This document shows positions 26,534-38,811 of a stretch of 64,000 nt of DNA, piece after piece; position 1 is the first letter of the stretch; every line of letters begins with the position of its first letter. Source of the stretch: Adineta vaga (lineage: Eukaryota; Animalia; Rotifera); contig CP075497.1 of NCBI GenBank assembly GCA_021613535.1, positions 6,510,001 to 6,574,000 on the forward strand, given 5' to 3'. The translations under genes and the position numbers were made by a program. The notes beneath the pieces are model-generated. The model did no database searches. It saw nothing but the letters and a program-made list of their open reading frames with translations, and had not been told where the DNA came from.

Positions 26534-29333
26534 TATTTCCTATTTCTTCGTAATGAACTTAATAGATTGATATTCTATTAAAGTGAAAAACTACAATATC
26601 AAACAAATAGTACAATTATTTAATTGATTGACTATTTGCGTTTTTTTTCTTCTTTTTTATGTACCACTCGAAATATGTACAAAAGAAGAAGTGTTAATAA
26701 TCAGTGAGCTGTAACGTTAGACTTGCATAACCTTGATTGTCATATTTGATATCGGAAGTTATTGATCTTTTTCCTAGACGAGGATTTTATTCGTTCCTTC
26801 TCGTTTTTTTCTTTATCAATTTCTTTCCTCACAAGTAAATATCACTATCAAACAAGTTACGATAAAATATATAATAACACATTTTTGTTGATAATTATTT
26901 ACATCATCGTCAATTATGTCTATACATTAGACATACGATTCAATTCATGCCTATCATAAGAAGGGCATGTTAGAGATGCTTGATACGAAGAGAAAAAAAA
27001 GAGCGAAGAAGAGTACTTGATTTTTATGCCTTGAGAATATGTTACAGAAATTAATAGATGTAAATAATTATAAGTACAAAAGATATCAAAATAAAACAAT
27101 GATCAGAATAAATATAGCTATCAAGTCATTTATATTAATTAGTTTTTGTATATAATTAGCAATCGAAACAAAACAAATAAGGTTTGTTATGATTGATAAA
27201 TAATTATCAGCAACAAATTTGTTTAATTATGAAAGAATTCATAAATGAATTATTATCATCTAATTCCATAACGATCTCTGTCCTCGATAATATTTCTGAA
27301 AGATAACGATCCATATTCATTAAGATTCTCTCCTTCTTCTTTATAAGATAGATAGAAAAAAAGAAGACGAAGGATTTAAAAATTATCCAAGAAGAAAAAA
27401 ATTGAACCAGAACAGAGATTAAATTTGCTTCCAATTCAGATGGATTATGAATAAGTGAAATATGAAGTGTCTTATTAGAAAAATTTACATGAGATGATTT
27501 TCTCTGAAAATTTATATTCATAATTTTAATCTCTCATGGTATTCAATGATTGATGATGACGAGAGAATATTCTCTGTCAGAAGAAGAAGAAGAAGAAAAA
27601 AAAGAAGAAATTAGTTTACTATCGAACAAGAAAATTTTATTATTCAATTAACCAAAATGCATCGAACAGTTCGATAGAATGATGGATTACATTATGAGCA
27701 TAACGGTCATTCATTTCATCTTCTTGTTCCATGTCCATCAGATGATGCTCTCATTTTGATCTCTCACGGGAAATCATTTCAATGATCAAAACTAGGAGAA
27801 AAGATATAATGTCTTCTTGGACAAGCATATCAGAAGTGACTAGTTACTCATCACTGAACTTCAAAAGAAGAAGAAGAAGAAAAAAAACTTAACCCAACAC
27901 AAAAAAAAAGATTACTAATGATAAGAGAACAGATGTCAGGCAATTAGATGCATTTCATTTCGATAAGTGTGTTTAACTTGCAGGATTTCTTTTGCATATC
28001 ACCTGCATTTTTAGTTGTATTAAAGAAACCATTTGAATGTTTTATTTTATTTGCTAAAAGTATTTATATAAACTCATTTAACCCTAGATCAATTCATCTG
28101 CTCAGCAATTCATCATTAAAATGGATGATGATGAGGGTGATGAGAAACATAATTATTCAAAACGACATCCAATGTCATTTGAATGTGATTATCTAAAGAT
28201 CTAATCTTTTTGTTGTTTTTTCATTGAATTGTAATGACGTTGATCTAGAATTGTGAAACTATTTTCTTTAATAAACTGTCTGATTCTTAAACAATAGTTT
28301 TTTTTCGAATTGACGATCGACCATACTTATGATAAGCATAAATGAATAGTGCCGCATGAGGATTAGATTGTAATCATCTACATATTTATCGAAAAAAAAA
28401 TGAAGCGAAAGAAACCAAAAAAATTCTATTTAATTCAAATAAGAAAAACGAGTCTCTCCCAATGTGACAGATGTCAATAACTCATTTATATTCGCAACAT
28501 GATCTTTTGTCCATCTGCGAGGACATTTCTTTCTCAATAATAGAATCTTCTTTCTCCATGGGTGTTCGTTGAATGTAGAGAGAGACAGAGAGAGAGAGAG
28601 GGAAAAAAATCAATTACGACGTGTTACTCCAACAATCCGGATGTGAACTCATTTCTTATCAACATCATCAAAGTCGTTAAGTGCTTTCCTTGACCACCGT
28701 CCAATTTCGAACCGACAACATGAGTTGAGAAAAAAAGAAGAATAAAAAAGAGTCATTCCGCACGCACAGAGGCAGTCAACTAGCCGAGTGTGAAATACGA
28801 GCTCATTCATATCCGGCGGCATTTGTCTACTAGACAAATCTAGTTGTTCGATGATTGTCTCGACAATAGAAAGAAAATCATGTCAATTTCGATGAGACTT
28901 GTACAAAAAGAAAGAAAAGAAAAGAAAAGAAAAAACAACATAGCCAAGCAAATATTACACGAGATACGTATACAAGACAACAATAAACAAAATGAGTTTG
29001 TGTGTATGAGGTCTTTGTTTTCTTCTATGTTGTACAACGAACACTGTTCAAGACGAATTGCACGAATGGTAATATAAGTAGAACGTTCGTGTCCGGATAC
29101 TCTCTAATATTCATACCAAAATTGATCTTAGAAAGCAAAACCTGAGTAAACAGGGCACGAAAAAAAGAACGAGACAATAAGAAACAACGAAGTAGAAAAA
29201 TACGAGAGACTAGAAAGGTGAAATAGAATGGCTATTTATGCATGTATATATATATAATTGTAAATAAAGAAAAAGAAAACGGAAAAAAACTTTGTTTGTT
29301 TGTTTGTTTGTTTGTTTTGTTTATTTTGTTGCT

Positions 29334-30637
29334 CTAATGGTTTTGGATCATAAATCGAAGAATTGTATATGACAAGATGATGAGAATAGATGTTGATAGA
29401 TTTTGTATAATTCTTCGTGATGAACTATCAAGTGAATTCGATCGTGCTTGATTTGCATTATTAACAATATTGATTTTACGGGAATCTTTTACTTCATTAT
29501 TATGTGTTAATTTTGCAATAAAACCGCCACTTAATAATTGTTGATAGTAATTGTCTAGTCCTTTAGGTTGTGGTGTTGTACTAACTGTTACACCCGGTGC
29601 TCGTGTTGTTGTTGTTAATGGTATAGTAATTAATTTATCACGTTCAAATGTTACAATACTTTTATATTTACCATGATGTTCATCAATTTCTTTGACAGTG
29701 ATACCTATATCTGTTGTAATTGGTTTTTCATCGGTTTGACGAAACCATGTTAAAGTAGGTTTAGGGTTGCCTGAATATTCACATTCAATGGTTGCTTTAT
29801 CTATTGTTGAATTAAGATATTGCTTTTCTTTACACGTTCCAAAACGTGGAGTAAATATAACATCAAGAACTTTGATTGCATGTTGTTCATGATTACCTAG
29901 AGAATAAGAAAAGAAAAAGGTATTTCATTCTTATTCTTTCTATCGGAATTTTTTCAGGAAAACAAACCTTCTGTAATAGTACAACGTAGGGTTGTGTTAT
30001 GCCAATCAGCAGTTGGTGTAACAGATGCTTCCCAGGAAAATTTCTGTGGATACGTATTACTAGTCGGAAGAATAGTTTTGGCTTCACCGACGACTTCATG
30101 ATGACCACGAAGAATTTTATGGCTAACATAAGGATAGAAATCTTCAGCTGTACATTTAATTGTTGTTTTAGCATGTTCTTGTATTGGCCAGCCAGGTCCA
30201 ATATCCCATTTCGGTTCGGATAATTTTACCACTGGAAAATCTTTTGCTTGTTTACCTAAAGTTTCTTCACAATCGGGACAATTACATTCATATCGAGCCG
30301 TATCTTCCTTTAGAATTTGTCGAATACGTAAATGATTTTTCTTAACGAATTCTAATCGATGTACTTTATTTTGTTTGAAAACATCTAAAGAATCTTCAGT
30401 GGGTTGAGTCAATAATGAACGTGAAATGGGTGTATGTTTGCCCGTTTTTAAATCGACATGCCATAATTGAGGTGATTCAGAGTGATCAGTTGGATTAATT
30501 AATTCACAAAGAATTTCAACTTGATTACCAATTGTATAATATTTTTCATCGGGAGTAAAGGTTAATTTTAATGAAGGTTTCGATGATTGAATAGAAGGAA
30601 TGAGAAGAGTTAAAAAGATAATCGATACAGAAAACAT
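29334..30637 (-). CDS. Immunoglobulin-superfamily cell-surface protein (3 Ig-like domains, probable GPI anchor)
   Basis: Signal peptide, VEILCEL...LW...DTARYEC, TIKCTAEDFYP...WHNTTLRC, IECEYSGNPKPTLTWFR. One coding intron at ~29967-29897. Hydrophobic C-terminal tail ending FMIQNH-stop. Confidence 0.85.
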
Positions 30638-31292
30638 TTTTATGTTTGATCTAAGATAAATAATGTTCATTTAGATTTTTTTAATTGATCCTACCATTTA
30701 CTTATGTAAAAAAACAACAGGGAATCCTCTTTGATAGAAAAGGGCATATGCGCATATATGTATGAATGTATTATACATATAGATGTATGGATATACGCAT
30801 ATATATATATATATGGCGGACAGTGATGCGAAGCATTTACGGATTAATTTACGGTCGGATAACTCGTCTGTAGAGCAAAAAAATGAATCTATCTATAGTT
30901 TTCGCCCCATCGAGTGTATCTAATCTGTGAATCTATGAAGAAGAGAAAAAAAAATCAGTTCTGAAATCTTGGCATTCTTCCAAAAAAACAAACTATAGAA
31001 TGTGCCATTGCATACCAATCGTTACGGTTATTATTTTTCTTGTCGTGATTATTTTAACTAATATTTCTTGATCGTTTGCCTCATTCCACAAATCAGCATT
31101 GTTTTTTTGCGTACTGCAGTTGTTGTTGTTGTTGGAAGCAATAAATAACTCGGATCGTACGAAGTTTTTTCTCTCTATATATTTTTTTCTCTCTATCGCA
31201 CTCTCTCTCTCTCTTTCTCCCTCTCTCCCTCTTGTTCTCCTTCCGACTTCCGCGTAAGTAGTTGAATAGCCAAATGATGGTGATGAGGGGAA

Positions 31293-31329
31293 AGAGAGAG
31301 AGAGCGCGCGCGCGCGCGAGGGAGAGAGT
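31293..31329. repeat. (GA)n-(GC)n-(GA)n microsatellite cluster
   Basis: gagagagagagcgcgcgcgcgcgcgagggagagag within a GA/CT-rich block upstream of the Ig gene. Confidence 0.8.
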
Positions 31330-34300
31330 ATGTTCGTATCTTTTTTTCTCTCACTCTCTTTTTTTTGTCTCTCTTCTCCTCCCTATTTCTCTCTCTCTCA
31401 CTGTCTTTATGCAATGAGCGCGCACGCACGCACGTCCTCGGTCAAGTGCTTATAGAAAAAGGACTATCCCAACTAGAAGAAAAAGAATATGAAGAAGAAA
31501 AAAAAAGGGAATATTTCACCATCAGTCAATCTACCGGAAGCATGAAGAAAATGGACACCTGCTTACATTTAGAAATTCAATTGAATTTCTAAGAAAAAAA
31601 ACTTCTCTCGTTCGTTTCTTCGTTCGTTGGTTCGTTCTTCCTTTCTTTCCTTCTGTTATATATATATAACTATACGATGCAATTCCAGTCGAATGATTCT
31701 GGAAAAACTATTAGTTGTTACTCGAGATATATAGTAAGAGTAAGAAGGAAAAACCTAAAGCGAATGGAGATGGTTCAACCAGCGCAAAAAGAAAGAAAAG
31801 AAAAGAAAAGAAAAGAAAGAAGAAAAAAACGATATAGCACAACATCGGTCGTCTCATTTTTTTTAATTTTTCTTTTTCTTGTTCTTCTCATTGTACAGCA
31901 CGCGTCTATATGTGCATACATATATATGAGTGTGTGTGCATTCGGCCGTTGTTTGAACAAAGAAGATCCCGTAGAGAGATCGAGTTATGAATGTTCGACA
32001 CAACTGTATAGATCTAAAAGAAAAAAAAATGGAAAGAGATGAATACAAATGAGCATGTGGATGAATAGCATATGTGCTTGTGTATATAAGCAAGACAGAT
32101 GGGTTCAAAAATTAGTCAATTGCAAATCCCTTTGGTCATCATTGAAATAACTTTCTTCTTCTTCTTTTCAGTCAATTGATGAGAAAAGATAGCAAACAAG
32201 ACACCTGCTTACTAATAAAAACTATGCGGTTTCTCTCTCTCTCTGTGTCTCTTTCTTTCATTTTTATTGACTTTCGCTTTTTTTCTGATTTCTGTCATTA
32301 TCGACTGTTTTTGTTGTCATCATTGTCGATGGCCAGATATTATTACTGTGTTAATAATTTCCTTCGTCGCCCATTCATTCTCGTTATTTCATTTAATCAA
32401 ATATATACAAAGACGATCGATCGCACCGGATGCAGGCGCCAGATTGGCATCCATACCGGGCAAAATCCTTAACAAAATATTGACAGGCAAAATGATGACA
32501 AAAAAAGCGTCAATCGATTTCATAATTATTTTCTAGTATACAGTCATGGCCATCTTGCGTGATATACAAGCATGGTAACAACGATAGAACATATGAAAAA
32601 CGATTAATCGAAGATATACACATACATACGTACAGCAGGCGTAATCTAACAACTTGTCCGTCGTTCTTCTAGGCACAATGTTCGTTAATCGTCAGATGTT
32701 GTCGTTTGTTGTTCAATATTTTGATGAGCTGTTTTTCTATGCATACATTCTTTTATGTCTACTAGTCCTCTCATTTTTCTCTTTCCGTTTTTTTTGTGCT
32801 CCTAATTATTACATGATACAAATGATAATAGATGCCAACTATAATGCTCAAATTCGAAAGGGGCAGTATCAGACAAATTAAGATTGAATTTCTCTTTCTT
32901 CTTCTTCTTCTTTTTTTCTTTTTTTTCTTGTTACAGACAAAATGCATTAATTCTCACGCATAGATGTAATGTATGACGCAATAATAGTAGAGTTCATCTA
33001 TGTAGAAATGATGGTAAAGGCAAAACTCTCATTTCTTCTTTTTTTTCTCTCTTTTTATTCTAATGAATAATTTAATCCAACGATGCGCAAGCTCTCTCTC
33101 TCTATCTCTGTGTCCTCTGTACTCTCCACATTTACTATGTAAATAGCAAAAACAAAGCAACGGAATACCCGCAAGGAACAAAGCCGAGATCTTTCTCCTC
33201 TTGCTTCTTTTCTAAACGTTAAGAGTGTGAGAACGACAACGGCGGAACTCGATGCCGTAGCATTATGATTATTCTCTCGAATATGCTGTCAAAGGAAGAA
33301 AAAAAGTTCTCTTGTTCGTTTGCTCCTAATAAAAAAAGAAAGACGAAGAAGAAGAAGAAAACGACAATGATGACGAAGTATCTAAAGAAAAACTAAGTCA
33401 ATGTTTGCCAACAATTAGTATGGAGACAACGCACAATCGTATGGATGATAGATGATGTTCATAAACAAATAGAAGAAAATTAATTCTAAAGTCAAAGTAA
33501 ATGTCATCTTTCGATCTAAGAAAAAAAAAGCTTATGTGAATATTGCATTCAAATTAACCTATTGTCACAAATAATTATAGTGGAAAATAGAGAAACGTAG
33601 ATGATGGTTATATAACGGGAAAAGAAGAAAAAAAAAAGAATAAGAGTTCTTATTCATTTTCTAATAAAATTCTTCATACTTTTTCTTTCTCAGTTCCTAG
33701 GTCATACGGCTCCACCCAGAGCAACAATAATGATGATTATTCATTTTTTTTCTCTTGCTTTTAAATAATAGTGAGTGTAGACCCTTTTCTGCTGAACATC
33801 ATTCATGACGTGTCACCGGTTTCTTTTCCTATCGTTCTCTATCATGGCAGTACATAGATGCATGTACGCACGCTCGAGAGAAAACACCATCTCTAGAGAA
33901 TAGGCCGTGTGTATGCAACATGCTGACTCTGTACAAAATCAATCGGAGAAGCAAAAATAACACTGTTTATTGAAGTGATAACTATGTTGATGGCCTACAT
34001 AATAAATTGAATCATAAAGACAACTTTGAAATGAATATCAATTGAGATATATATAGAGAGAGATCTATAATAACGAGAAAAGAAGAGTAATAGAAATTTA
34101 TGATATTAAAATAACATTTATTTAGATTAATATTCAATCATCTCCTGTCATCATTGATTGTGTCGTATTGAAAATATTTTTAGAAACGAATGATTGTCAT
34201 ATACTTGCCGGTCACTAGGATACATCGCATTTTGCGTACTGTAAACGAATTTTAGGCGTGTCTTTATGTGCGTAGTGTGTTAAATTTAATTGATGAGGAC

Positions 34301-35265
34301 GACGACGACGACAACGACAACGGAACTTTTCGTCATAGCACGTTCGGTGTATGGCATGCACGCTAGATGTCAAAATTAGACGTTGAATGAAGAGTAGAAC
34401 TTCCGTGTTTCTTTTTTTTTTCTTCGTCCTTTTTTTGCCTTTTCTTCATTATCAGACATACGGTTTTTTCGTATACGGACTAGTGAAAGCTCATCATTTC
34501 TTTGACATGAAGAATTTGATTAGAGAATAAGAAAAAAAGGAAGATTCAAGGCTAGTGTATCTTCTTTCCACTAGTAAGATAAACCATAGAAAAGCTGTGC
34601 TATAGGCAATTTGTAAGCACAAGGCAATTGTATTTAGTAAGAAAGAGAAAATGACGGTAAACAAAAAATTCTTTTTACGCTTAACACATCCAAGGATGTT
34701 CATCAATCGCGCACATAGAAAAATGGATAATTACATCCGGTTTTTTTTCTCATCTGCCGAGAAAAAAATGGAGTTAAAGAATAAATGTAAACTTACTCCG
34801 ATTCGACAAATCATTTTAACGAACATTAGCTATCAGCGAGACGATAATAGACATAACAAGAAAATCCACGATATTCAAAGTTCTTTTCTTTGTCAACAAT
34901 TTCGCAATTGGCCTTGAGCCAAAGTACGACTCCGTAGAACTCTTTTCTTCTTCTTCTTCTTATTCTTCTATCTGTCTCGCTTTCTCGATCGATTCTTGAT
35001 TCTCCCGAACTATACAATATGTATTTTGAATAATAAGTCAATATAAAATTACCATAAATAGAAAAAGAAGTCTATGACTAATTGATTTTGATTCAACAAT
35101 CATAAAGAAATTCATTCAGTGATGAATAAATATATTTGTAGAAAAAGAGAGAGAGAGAGAGAGAGATAGAAGGAGAAAAAGAAAGATATGATAAGATGCA
35201 CGAGTTCTAGCATCTATAATAAATTATCACAAGAAAAAAAAAGAACAGTGCGTGTCTATATATGA

Positions 35266-35841
35266 TTAGACCATCTTGTGTGTGTGTCGAATAATCATTA
35301 TTAAGAATGTATAACACAAAAGTTTTTCATAAAGACCTAATATGATCAGTGTAACATGTAAACCATAGTTGAGTTGGCGATCATTAATATTCATTGGAAT
35401 ATTTGAATTTTCATTCTTCATACGTAATGCAAGAGCAAAAATTGAAATGAAAATTAAAATTGTTGATGCTAATCCACTTGTAATATGCATACAAGCAGTG
35501 ACAAGAAAGAATCGATGATGACGAAAGATAATCGTAAAAAATGCAAAGAATCCAGAGAGAAATGTCAATGCACCTGTCCATATTCCATGAGCTGTTGAAG
35601 ATAGAACAAGTTGAAAGAAAATCATCAAAATACCAATGATCAATATCAATAAACCAAGAATTATTTCATTGATAGCAACGATTTTTGTCCAACATGTATT
35701 CCAATTCTTTTTTAAATGTCCATTGATTAATACTTTTCCTTTGTACAATGATCTATGAGGATAAGAACATGATGATAAATGATTAGTATCATCCGATGAT
35801 TCAGAAAGCCATATAGATGGTACAGTTGATTCGTTTAACAT
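35266..35841 (-). CDS. MS4A/CD20-like tetraspan membrane protein
   Basis: Intronless 191-aa ORF with four hydrophobic helices and an AHGIWTGALTFLSG motif typical of the CD20-like family. Confidence 0.75.
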   Translation of the reverse strand: MLNESTVPSIWLSESSDDTNHLSSCSYPHRSLYKGKVLINGHLKKNWNTCWTKIVAINEIILGLLILIIGILMIFFQLVLSSTAHGIWTGALTFLSGFFAFFTIIFRHHRFFLVTACMHITSGLASTILIFISIFALALRMKNENSNIPMNINDRQLNYGLHVTLIILGLYEKLLCYTFLIMIIRHTHKMV

Positions 35842-36177
35842 TCGTTGTACTTCAATATTTCGTATTCATTCAAGACAAAATTTTGTTGTACTAAGAAAGA
35901 ATACAATATATAAATGGCAACGAAGAAGAAGAAGAAAAGGTATTGTATTTTCATTTTTTCAATTATTTCGTTCTTCATATATCACCTTTCTAGACTAATA
36001 AAGAACATATACATATGTTATCTCTGTATAGTATAGTAAAACAAAATTCCTTTTTTTTTATTTAGACATTTTCATAGAAAGAACAAAGCATCCAATAAAA
36101 ATAATAAAAAAAAGAAGAAGAAGAAGCAGTTAGTTCAGTGAAGTATCATCGTTCTTTTTCCTTATTAATGGAAGCAA

Positions 36178-36188
36178 TTGGCGCGAAA
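36178..36188. promoter_or_regulatory. E2F consensus site (TTGGCGCGAAA = TTTCGCGCCAA)
   Basis: Full consensus match ~140 bp upstream of eIF4E-a, next to TGACGTAAT (36194). CpG-rich motif in AT-rich DNA. Confidence 0.5.
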
Positions 36189-36323
36189 TTGCTTGACGTA
36201 ATGATCATTTTAGCTAGAAAACAAATTCTTGTTGTTGTTGCTTCAGCATCTCTATTTCTTCTATAATGACGATCATTATTAAATAAAACTCTTTCTTCTT
36301 CTTCAATTCAGTACTTCACTTCA

Positions 36324-37362
36324 ATGACAACGATGACAACAACAAATCTGAATCATTTACCCATCCAGAACCCGAATGTGTCATCAAATGACAATGATAA
36401 ACAAGAACCTTCTAATAATAAGACATCGTCGATAATTAAAAATATTGAATTTCCGAATCTACACCAACAACAATCTAATGATGATAAATTACTATTAAAA
36501 AATGCTTGGGGTACATATTTTTACAAGGCTGATAAACAACGTGATTGGAAACAAAATGTCATCTACATAACATCGATCAATTATGTAGAAGATTTCTGGT
36601 CATTTTATACGCATACATATGCTCTCCGAGATCTTACCAATGGATCAGATTATATGCTTTTCAAAGTAATATTTCAAAATAGAAGAGAGAGACAAGAAAA
36701 GAAAACAGAAACTTTCTCTCTAATATTTAGTCTGGTTGTCTACCAATGTGAGTCATTTTCCTAAATATTGCTAAAATATTTTTATCTAAAAGAAAGAAAG
36801 GTGGGAAGATGTTTCATCACGTGATGGTGGTAAATGGATATTAACTTTTGATCCAAAACGACGTAAACGTGATCTTGATGGTTATTGGCTTCATTTAGTA
36901 AGCATAGAATTAAACAACAAGATTCATTCAATAAGTTCATCATCAGTCAATCGAATAGAGAATAGAAGTGTAATCATCAGTTCTTAAGTAGCATTTTGAG
37001 ATCTTATCGATAATCTCTGATGAGCATATTCGTCTTGAGATAATCTATTCTCTTCAGATGTTGCTACTTATTGGGAATGCATTCGGTAGTGATTTAAGTA
37101 CATTTATCAATGGTACTGTTGTATCATTACGTGTCAAAGGTGATCGATTAGCTTTATGGTTAAAAAAGATCAATGATTTTAATTTGATTAAAACTATTGG
37201 AATGAAATTTAAAGATCTTCTCAATATTCCATCGGATACTCAAATCATCTATGAAGTAAAATCGATCTGATTGATTCTTCAATAATATTTTCTTTTCTCT
37301 TTTTCAAGTACCATGAACCAAAATTCGATGAATCTAATAATGAAATTCGTCTACTTCTCTAA
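36324..37362 (+). CDS. Eukaryotic translation initiation factor 4E paralogue a
   Basis: Exons 36324-36665, 36731-36747 (17-nt microexon), 36801-36897, 37058-37256, 37309-37362. Motifs LKNAW, RDWKQN, VEDFWSFY, DYMLFK-SGCLPMWED, GGKW, RVKGDRLALW. Confidence 0.9.
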
Positions 37363-37629
37363 AAGCAAATAGAACAAGAGAAACAATATTTCTTGCTCAT
37401 TTTTTTCTCTCTTTATTTATCATCTGAACAAGTGTTCGTAAAATAAAAAACAACAGACATTTTTCTTTTCTTGAACATAATTCTCATCAATTTCTCCTTT
37501 GCTCAAACAAAAAAAAATAACAGGACATGTTGAAATAAACAAAAAACAACTTATCAACTCATCATGTTCGAGAACAAAATAAAAAATCGATTAAAAATCT
37601 TTGTCGAAGAAATCCACTTCACGCCTTTT

Positions 37630-38434
37630 CTATTCTTCATACATCGGTCGTTGAGGACCATTATTAGCTTCATTGTGCATATCAAACTGAATTCGAACTG
37701 TTGATGGTAAATTTATAATCGATCGCCATCGTCGACCAATTTCTCGGACAATCGTTCCATTATGGGCTTCAGATAACCAAAGTGCAATTTTATGACCACG
37801 TGTACGAATAGCAACAACACATCCTGTTATATATCGACTTAATGGTTCAGGATCACTGAAAAATAGAACGTGTAGATACCAAATCGTTTCTCTTTCCAAA
37901 GATATACCTATCATGAGAAAAACAATCACCAATCATTCCAAGTAAAGTTTCAAGCCATAATTCATCGAGTTTTATATCTTGACTTCCACATGTTAATAAC
38001 CAACGGCCACCTTTGGCATTCGCTTTATCCTCTATTGAATAAGATTTTGAAATAATGAAGAAAGAAATTGTTCTAGAAATATTTACCCCACATAGGACGA
38101 ACTAAAGTAAAACAAAATAATGTCGATTTTGACTGAAAATAATCTTCTTCTTACCTCCTTTTTTAAAGAAATAATAATCCGAATTGGATTTACTCTGTGA
38201 AAGTCGTGATGGTGTTGCTAAATGATTGTATGTTGCCCAGAAATCTTCGACAAAACCAATATCAATTAAATTAATCAATGATTGTTCCCAACTCGATCGT
38301 TTATCTGGTTTAATATACCAAAATGTCCATGTAAATTCTAATGGACTCTTTGGATTAATTGTATCAACTGTTCCATTAGTTGTTTTCTCATGTTGATTAG
38401 TGATCGTTGCTAATGGTTGTTGAGTGTCTGTCAT
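37630..38434 (-). CDS. Eukaryotic translation initiation factor 4E paralogue b
   Basis: Exons 38434-38155, 38101-38087 (15-nt microexon), ~38031-37908, ~37856-37630. Motifs PLEFTWTFWY, SSWEQSL, VEDFW, FKKGVRPMWED, GGRW, LWLETLLGMIG, RTRGHKIALW. Confidence 0.9.
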
Positions 38435-38724
38435 GATCTTCTTTTATTTTTCTACTGAAAAAAAGATGAATTAATCAAAGAAGAACTTTCAGAAGAAACG
38501 TCTGATTGTCTGTCTATCTGTCTCTATCGATCGGAAAGGAAGAATATAGTCAGTCAGTCAGTTAGGGCAATGAATATTCATACGATCAGAATGATTCATC
38601 GAATAAATTCAATAACTGAAATAGAAATAAATAAGAAAGTCATTTATTTATATCTGATGATTATTTCATTGATTGAAAATGATTGATTATTCAAATGAAA
38701 GAAATTTAATTGACCAATGAGACC

Positions 38725-38737
38725 GTTGCTAAGCAAC
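38725..38737. promoter_or_regulatory. RFX X-box-like palindrome GTTGCTAAGCAAC
   Basis: 6+1+6 palindrome ~75 bp upstream of the CCDC157 ATG, next to a CCAAT box (~38713). Fits the X-box consensus of ciliary genes. Confidence 0.6.
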
Positions 38738-38811
38738 TTCATGAAGTTAAAGATGGCAGATAGAATTAAAAATGTGTACATGAAGAAATTTATTTAGTAA
38801 AAAAGAAAAAA

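Noticed and set aside
30700-35200. ORFs in the region upstream of the Ig gene
   Set aside because: They derive from GA/CT and poly-A/T tracts with no protein signal. The region is better read as regulatory or UTR sequence.
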